Shown here in pieces: positions 1-8,800 of a stretch of DNA of 15,589 nt. The translations under genes were made by a program, and so were the position numbers. Below the pieces are notes generated by a model, which made no database searches, had not been told where the DNA came from, and saw nothing but the letters and a program-made list of their open reading frames with translations. Source of the stretch: Ginkgo biloba (taxonomy: Eukaryota > Plantae > Ginkgophyta); the NCBI GenBank assembly GCA_024626585.2, contig JANKJI020000002.1, positions 211,850,000 through 211,865,588 of the forward strand, in the 5' to 3' direction. How positions within the stretch are numbered: the stretch's first letter is position 1; each line of letters begins with the position of its first letter.

Positions 1-269
1 ACAATATTAACCAGTCATTGATATTAGTTACTCCCTTAGCGTATTGTAATTAAACTTTTGCCTTGATTCCACTAATCTATTAGCTTTGCATCCCAAATTG
101 CTTAGGAAGTCAAAACATCAATATATCATCAAAAATTGCATATGTTTTGCTCCTATTGTGAAAAGGGAGACTAGACAAGTTTAAAGGGTATAGTGCTCAT
201 CATAGAAGTAAATATAAGTATGATGAAACTCTATATAGAACTTATTTAGAAATCCATCAAAATCTTATA

Positions 270-1230
270 AGCTTGGATTGGTAGCCTTGAAAAGCCTAGC
301 AAAGAAATCATCTTATGTTGCTTCTTGTTAACTTTCTACCTAATTAGATTACCAAACCTGAGATTTATAATTAGCATGGCTAGAAGGGGAAGGAGGTAAA
401 TTCCTTAACCAACCCTTCCACATTTACAATTAATTATTCAATACATAGACGTTTGATTACAACATTCTTAAATACAACCATCCACTTATCAAGGTTGAGG
501 AATGAATGCCCCTCTATACCAAACATTTTTGCCATCTTTTTGAATGATAATATTGAGTTTATCAAATTGTAAAGTTCTTCTCTCAAGCCATCCACATTGC
601 AATGAAAGGAAGTGCGTTATGTTTAACACCTTATTTTGAACACTCGCTGAAATTGGCCTCTTATATTTTGTCAAAACAAGCCCTCTCCCATGACTTAAGT
701 CATCTATAACAGACTTACATAAGCAGGCTTTCAACACAGTATGTGTAACGAGAAGGCTTTTAGCTCAGTATGTCTCAAATGAGTTGCTTAGATAAAGAAG
801 CCTAAAATCTCTATTGAAGGTTGCTTCCAAGAAAGAACAATGGCTAGTACAAGATATTTATAGATGCTCAACAAATTGTATACCTTTCCAAAGAGGTTGA
901 TTAAGGTCTCCCATGGCAACCTTACTATAATATAATTTCAAAACATTTGAAAAGAAAAATAATATGCCCATCATGGAAATGGTATGTAGAAAAGTGTTTT
1001 GAGCTGCTTTGAAAATCATTTGTGACAAGAATTATGTTGCAAATAAAAGCTTGTTTAGACTTGTTGAGTTTAAAATATAACAATATAATCTCATGTAATG
1101 AGTGATTTTACCAAACTATTCCCAATTAAATTTCCATAGCCACCTTGCTTGAAAAAAGATCATGTGCATCATTGAGCAAAGGTCCTAATACAACTTGGAC
1201 AATGTTGATTGTTCAATGTAGATGCCACAA
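270..1230 (+). mobile_element. Possible highly decayed LINE ORF2 3' remnant
   Basis: Faint ordered motifs across frames: PKRLIKVSHGNLT (888-926), CPSWKWYVEKCFELL (from 965; zf-RVT-like spacing) and FNVDA (1212-1226; RNase H-like). Many stops; boundaries uncertain. Confidence 0.3.
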
Positions 1231-1286
1231 TGCACTCAAATGTATTTTTGCAAAACAAGATAGATTGAATTATAGAGTCAATTAGA

Positions 1287-1434
1287 TTTTGTTTTGTTTT
1301 TGAAATCACTTATTAATTGCTCCCAATCAATGATATCCAACACATGGAGCTCAAATACATATCCCCAAGATTTGGACCTTGGTCACAAGGGTCAAAGCAT
1401 TGACTCTTTATCACTCGGACCGCTCTTGGAAATG
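1287..1434 (-). mobile_element. tRNA-derived SINE (~148 bp)
   Basis: Perfect 13-bp direct repeat AGAGTCAATTAGA at 1274-1286 and 1435-1447. Minus strand has A-box-like GCGGTCCGAGTGATAAAG, a B-box/T-arm CCAAG-GTCCAAAT-CTTGG (1365-1382, perfect 5-bp stem) and a 3' tail AAAAACAAAACAAAA abutting the TSD. Confidence 0.88.
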
Positions 1435-2636
1435 AGAGTCAATTAGAGATTACAATTTAATTCCATAAAGTATCTAGTTGGATACCTTCTGATATGACAA
1501 CCCCAAACAATGTATTCAAAGATAGTCAAATCTATTCTTAACAGAATATTTAACAAAACAATGAGTATTGAATTTACCTTAATTTATCGATTAACATCAG
1601 CCCTAGGGCAATAGATTGAATTTCCAATCTTCTCACATTCTTAATCTTCCAACATCAATTCTTTTAGAAAATTAGTAACAGAATTTAGCACTCATGTAAG
1701 GTCTTGAGAAGTGTCCCTTACCACTCCTACCTAGCTTATGCAGTCCATCTTAAGACTAGATGTAAAACAGTAGATAAAAATGGCAACTTTCTATTCTTAC
1801 TATTGAAACATTGATTGTGAAATCCAATGCCCACATACAGCCTTTGGCTACCAGATACAAATCCAAAAAGATATACAAAAATGGCTTAGAACTTTATGAA
1901 GGCACTACCTTCAATCACCTTACTTGAGATGATTGCAAAAAATATATATTACAAAGCAATCAATGATGCAAAAGCAGAAATGGTTAAAACCACATCTAGT
2001 GTTTGGCTGCCATGAAGGCAGGCCTGAACTTATCAAGTGAACGAATCAGACCTCGTTGTGAGTGCCTTCAGCTGCCAAAAATGCCTGTGATATAAGCAAG
2101 AATATATTGTTTCAAAATATATGTGCTGGATTATATCACTAGTCTCGAACTTATAACCACCTCTGCACATTCCTTCTACCACTCTAACTAAACATCTCGC
2201 TCGCACAAAGAACTGATATTAGTTATCATTTCTAGATGCATGTGTCCAAATATTTTTTGTTCTTGATAATCTGTCTGAAAATCATTCCAAGACAGAAAAG
2301 TCTCATTTATTGAAAACACATTCTACAGCGAAGTTCAAGCCATTTTCTAGTTGTGTTGTGAACACCCACTCAATCAATTAGTACATCATGGACAAACTGT
2401 AATTATACAGAATGTGATTAAGATGAAGGCTCTATACAAAGGAAATAAAGAGAAGCCATTTCAAACATTGCTGAACCCCTTCCTTGACCCAAAAAGAATG
2501 TGCAGCGGTGCAGCCTAAGAAATGGTTGAGGAATGGTAATAGAAACAAAGAAAACGAAATCCATATTTTACAGCTAATAGGCACACTATTTCTGGCCTGC
2601 CAGCTTACTGCAATTACAGAGGTAATGCTTTACAAG

Positions 2637-2897
2637 TTAGCTGCCATCTTGTGAAAGGATCTCGAGTTCTGCCCACCACAATGGAGATAGTTTTGGACAT
2701 GCTGCATCAGGAGAGATTGATAGAACCTCTCTTAATTTGGAAGTGATATCCCTCATTGATGGTCTCTGCTGCTGATCTGGATGTATGCAGCACTGTACCA
2801 CCTCACATATTATTTCGAGTTCATTGTACTTGAAATTTTTCAAGGAAGGATCTACTATGTAACTTAATTTATGGTTGTTGCCAAGGTATTCCATAGC
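2637..2897 (-). CDS. MDIS2/MRH1-like: Terminal exon: kinase subdomains X-XI and conserved C-terminal tail
   Basis: Acceptor tttcatttgcAG (plus 'ct' 2898-2899), phase 0. Translates AMEYLGNNHKLSYIVDPSLKNF...RPSMRDITSKLREVLSISPDAACPKLSPLWWAELEILSQDGS, stop TAA at 2637-2639. Confidence 0.95.
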   Translation of the reverse strand, partial: AMEYLGNNHKLSYIVDPSLKNFKYNELEIICEVVQCCIHPDQQQRPSMRDITSKLREVLSISPDAACPKLSPLWWAELEILSQDGS

Positions 2898-5800
2898 CTG
2901 CAAATGAAATGTCACATCTATGTTTCCAAATATAATACAGGACTTCTCTTCTCATTATATTTTAAAATTCACCATTTCTGCTTAAAAAGAGCCATTCCTG
3001 CCAGTACATCCCTAATTCTACCAGTCACACTTTCAACTGTTGGTAAACAAACCTTCCAAAACTTTTTAACATATCCATAATGGCACACCATATGTAACAG
3101 AGTCTTATTTTGCTCACAATAATCACATGTAAGATCGACACACCCAAACTTAATAATCCTATCTTCGTGTTGATATACCTAAAGCACATTGCAAAAGGAA
3201 AAAAAACCTTTTTTTTGGGTTCCAATCTTGAAGACAAAAGTTTAGATCATTTGTCTATGGATCAATCAAACTTCCATTTCCTCTATATTTTCTCCAAGTC
3301 TTGTTTGTTACTATTCACCATTTCATATTATCTCAGTGGTCTAAATTTTTTAAAAAGGTTTACCACTAGACCATCTCCAATCGAGCCACCATTTATCCAC
3401 ATCCCCCCACCATTTTATCTTGCATAAGATCAGTTTCATGAAGTGTCTTATTATAGACAACTTGTTCATTGTTCCTTAACTTATACAAAATCCACAACAT
3501 TTCCCATGTTAACCAAGTGTGAATCTGAAATATTTAAAAAAAAATTGAGTTCCTTATCTCAAACTTTCGAAACAAAAATCTCCCAGTTCTCTGCTAATTT
3601 TTCCACAGAGATTGAAGCACATGAGAAGCATCAACCTTAATATCAACATGACTTAAGTAAGAATTAGCAGAAGATAACCATTTACTTTGTCATATTGGTG
3701 TAGGGATTTTAAGGATGGGTTGCACTTCGCTTTGTGAAGGGGCCATGAATCCTAAAGGGATGCCTAAGAATCTATGTTGTATATGGTGTAAAAGGGTCTT
3801 ATTATGATATGGCATGTTGTTTTAATGGAACTTGTGTTGTGGGATAGATATATATGTTTGAAATGATAAACATATCATCCCAAGTGTATGGTTAGTGGGA
3901 TGTGGTTTAATACCATCTACTTGTTGTGTGATTTAATATTGATATGTAAATTATATCCATGCGTATAAGTGGGGTTAAATGATGTTTCNNNNNNNNNNNN
4001 NNNNNNNNNNNNNNNNNNNNNNNNNNNNNNNNNNNNNNNNNNNNNNNNNNNNNNNNNNNNNNNNNNNNNNNNNNNNNNNNNNNNNNNNGAGAGTAAAGCA
4101 ACTCATTTGTTTCTTGGAGAAAGCCATATTGTGAAAGAATATTTGATTTTTTGATCCATCTTTTCTCCACCATTATTGTTGCAAGAACCTTGCACAAATA
4201 ACTACGCAGCCAACAACACATCGGAGTAGATCCATATAATGCTCAATCCAAAATTTGCATTTGTTTGAGAGAATAAACTAATTATTTTCTATTTGTTTTA
4301 GAACTCTAAATCCTTGCATACCTTCTTGCACGTCCGGTGGGACCATCGCCCTTATGGAAAAACTACCAATAGAGTAATGAGCTCTCCCTTTAATCTTTAA
4401 TGACATGCTTTCTCTCCAGTGCCATTGAAATCCTCTTTCAAATATTTCTCCTACGATGTGATAGCAAAGTGTTAAGGTGGCCTCCCATGGTCTTGGTCTC
4501 TAAGTTCCTTTATTAGTTGCCTATTTCTCCCCCTCATTGCCTTGCAGTGAGAGCTTATCGTAATCACCTGGTGAAATCAATTTTGTTACTGAATAGCTTT
4601 TTCTGGATGCATACATGCTGGCTCACCTCCGTTCAATATCCAATAGATGGATCGATTAAGACTCGCCCAATTTGCTTAGTGTGAACACTAAGTTACTTAT
4701 GTCTCATTCGGTTCATCGGAGGAAGATCCATCTCTACAAAAACTCAATATTTATCCTATCTCTGCGATAGATACAGAGATGAATCTCTCCCAGTTCGTTA
4801 TATAATATTCATTTTTGTAGTTCACTTGCTATAAACGCCAAATTTGTCCTCAACGTATCATTTTGCATTGCATATATCATTGTTGGTGTTTAATTTTTCA
4901 ACGAATAACTCTCGATTTGCATGAGCAAAGATGAATACGTTGAAATCATCGAGCGTGATAGTATTTTACTTTAGACAGGCGTCAAATTACCTCCACGTCT
5001 GACGCCTAATATCTAATGTTTAATATATGCCTACGCCTAACGTCTAATGTCTACATTTTGTTTGGGTGTTCATTCCTTATCCTATATGAGGCGATTCTAT
5101 TTTCTATTGCCTCCAATCCTTCTGAGACAACATAAACTATTGGACAGAACTGGGATCTGAACGCAGTTCTCCATTCGGATTTCATTTTTTACTACTGGCG
5201 TTGCAAACCGTTAAATACCATCATGGTTCATGGTTTAATATTTTAGGAGTGTGATCATATGGACAATGTGCAATTTGGTAGAAATGTAAGCTACATGCAT
5301 AGAGTGGTTAAAATCTCCATCTATGTACCATCGAAGACAGCCAGTGAAGAAGATAATCCAAAAATTGGATTCCTGATAAATTTTCCAAGTTTAGAAAATT
5401 TAAGGGATGCACTTATTGTTGAATGATTGCATTTTCTCACTGTTGACAATAACTTCTTTCCATAAGCCAAGGCCTGCCAACTGAAATAATGATACTAAAG
5501 CATTAATAAGAGATATAGAACATCAATTGAAAAACAGAAACAGTAAAAGCTTGCTGCTAGGCTTCAGATACCTTTGCTGCATAATCGTCTGTCAAGTAGA
5601 CTGCATTAGAATGCAGACTAGGATACGTAATAGGGAGCTCCAGTTCATGATGCATATATTGAAGGCAGTACGCTATTCCCATTATAATTCTCATCCGAGT
5701 TGCCCAGTCCAAATGTTCAGCTTCTTTATCTACATAAATCAAAAGCAATCACCAAAATTATATAGCCAGTATTGTCTTTCAACTAAAAAGAGGAACAAAG

Positions 5801-8800
5801 TGTTGGTTATATCGACTTGAAATGATAAATAGTTTATCAATACAATATTTTCATAACACTAGATTACAACACAAATTCAATAGTGGAGTTCTGAGAATCA
5901 GTGCACATTTAAAAAGGCATGAAGATTTATGCTTAAAAGAAATGTCAACAAATACCAACAAAGCACTCACTATGAAGATGTTCAAACAGCGTCCCATTTG
6001 GAGCATATTCAAAAACCATCATCCTTGTAAAAGGTTCTTCCTCCTCACAATAACCAAGAAGATTAACAAGGTTTTTGTGGTTCATCCGAGAAAGGATCTC
6101 AATCTGTTGCATGCAAACAAAAAAATAATTAAACTAATGAAAATCTTCATCTTTAAAAGTCTTAATAAAAAGACTCANNNNNNNNNNNNNNNNNNNNNNN
6201 NNNNNNNNNNNNNNNNNNNNNNNNNNNNNNNNNNNNNNNNNNNNNNNNNNNNNNNNNNNNNNNNNNNNNNNNNNNNNCATCAACACCTCTTCGCAGCCTA
6301 ATGATGGGGAGGATAAAAAGCAGCTTTCGAAGTAAACAACAAAGCTTGAAGCACTACTATCATAAGGTATTAATAGAGGAAAGAAAAAACAAAGGATGAG
6401 AAAAAGTGGAAAGACACTTTCAATTTATAATGTATGCTTATACCTTTTGCCTAAAATAATATTCTGAACGAGCAGACCAATCATTTGCAGATGATATTGT
6501 GCTGGATGTCACAGCAATTTCAACACCACTTGACAAAGTCCCTTTAAATACCATGCTGTCAGGTGAAGAACCAATAATATTGCTGAACTCTTCACATGCT
6601 GCTTCTAATTCCACCCGATTGAGTTTAGGAACACCTGTGCAAAGAAATACAGCACATTATATTCAACCCCCCTCATTTCACAAGAAAAGTGATCAATTGA
6701 AAGAAGTAAAAAAAGTGTAAACCTTCAGTGTTGGCAAAAGCTTCACAACACAGGTAGTTTGTTCTCTATCAAGATGAACAAAGTTTTTCTGGGTTGTCTG
6801 TATTCGATATTCTCATATACTGTGAAGGAAAACACACCTTTAATGGAAAAAATTTTAAAAGCTACAGGATACAAGTAGGTAAACTGCAAAGCACAAACAA
6901 CTGCAGTTAGCTCTTGTTGAACCCAAATTAGAAGAGAGTTATCCATCGACTGTGGAGCAATGAGAAGCTTGATTTGACTTGAAAATTTGTCCCCGCTTTT
7001 GCATTTGGAAACTTATATGCATTTAATATGGACAGTTTTCGACAGTTTGGATTTGTCCAACTATCCACAAACCGTTTGACAGTTGGGAACTGTTCAACAG
7101 TCTAAAAACTGTGTAGAACTAACCTAGACTATCCAAAAACCTATAAATACACATTTTTTGCTAAAGCAGTGGCATCTTTGGCTGTCGATGCTCGGAGTAC
7201 ATTTTTTATAAATCATTGGCTGATTGGTCAGTACTATTGTGAAAAGTTTCAGCCTCACAAATTCCTTGGAAAGAGTGCTATCCTCCAAACTTTCACCATT
7301 TCTGTTACTGTTACTCTGTGTAATATACCCAAAGATTGATTATAGCTTCTTTCTATTTTTCCTAAACATTTTTATCTTGTGGAAGTTCATGTTATCGTTA
7401 AAGAAATGTTACAAGGAGCACGAATGCTAAATGTTTGATGAAAGGTCTGTAAAAGTCCTTACAAGACGTTGCTGCAAAAGATTTACCGACAAGCTTCCAA
7501 AAGCTTGTTGGTNNNNNNNNNNNNNNNNNNNNNNNNNNNNNNNNNNNNNNNNNNNNNNNNNNNNNNNNNNNNNNNNNNNNNNNNNNNNNNNNNNNNNNNN
7601 NNNNNNNNNNNNNNNNNNNNNNNNNNNNNNNNNNNNNNNNNNNNNNNNNNNNNNNNNNNNNNNNNNNNNNNNNNNNNNNNNNNNNNNNNNNNNNNNNNNN
7701 NNNNNNNNNNNNNNNNNNNNNNNNNNNNNNNNNNNNNNNNNNNNNNNNNNNNNNNNNNNNNNNNNNNNNNNNNNNNNNNNNNNNNNNNNNNNNNNNNNNN
7801 NNNNNNNNNNNNNNNNNNNNNNNNNNNNNNNNNNNNNNNNNNNNNNNNNNNNNNNNNNNNNNNNNNNNNNNNNNNNNNNNNNNNNNNNNNNNNNNNNNNN
7901 NNNNNNNNNNNNNNNNNNNNNNNNNNNNNNNNNNNNNNNNNNNNNNNNNNNNNNNNNNNNNNNNNNNNNNNNNNNNNNNNNNNNNNNNNNNNNNNNNNNN
8001 NNNNNNNNNNNNNNNNNNNNNNNNNNNNNNNNNNNNNNNNNNNNNNNNNNNNNNNNNNNNNNNNNNNNNNNNNNNNNNNNNNNNNNNNNNNNNNNNNNNN
8101 NNNNNNNNNNNNNNNNNNNNNNNNNNNNNNNNNNNNNNNNNNNNNNNNNNNNNNNNNNNNNNNNNNNNNNNNNNNNNNNNNNNNNNNNNNNNNNNNNNNN
8201 NNNNNNNNNNNNNNNNNNNNNNNNNNNNNNNNNNNNNNNNNNNNNNNNNNNNNNNNNNNNNNNNNNNNNNNNNNNNNNNNNNNNNNNNNNNNNNNNNNNN
8301 NNNNNNNNNNNNNNNNNNNNNNNNNNNNNNNNNNNNNNNNNNNNNNNNNNNNNGAGATCAAAGTATGAAAATGCACTAGCTAATTGCACCAAGCTCTGAA
8401 AATTGTGATGAGATTCATAAAAGGAGTTGAAACCTTAAAAAAAGGATATCACTATGTTCTTCAAATGGAGGAAAAAATGAAGATTAATTAGAAATCTTCA
8501 CTCATCCATAAGCACAAGAGTCCATTAACAAAGTACAAGTATTATTTTATCTGTACTCTTTAAAAATCCTCTCACATTGTCCACAAGTNNNNNNNNNNNN
8601 NNNNNNNNNNNNNNNNNNNNNNNNNNNGGACATCCAGCAACTAGCAGAAGTCATCCCTCCTCCTACTAGCTAAAGACTTCAAGTTACAAAATAGAAAGTG
8701 GTGTGACTACAAAGTAGTATACATTCCAATGAGGAATGTAGGGCAAACAAGCATTCCTTGCTTTGCCAGAGTACTCAAGGGCGTCCAAATGACAAGACCA

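Noticed and set aside
1360-1430. Possible functional tRNA gene
   Set aside because: No complete cloverleaf, degenerate T-loop, and the tail plus TSD mark it as a SINE head.
5527-6720. Plus-strand ORFs 5527-5820, 5822-6301 and 6499-6720
   Set aside because: Antisense shadows of the kinase exons, with no protein motifs.
7427-8399. Four ~300-aa ORFs in the ORF track
   Set aside because: Artefacts of translating through the 841-N gap; the same applies to other X-containing ORFs.
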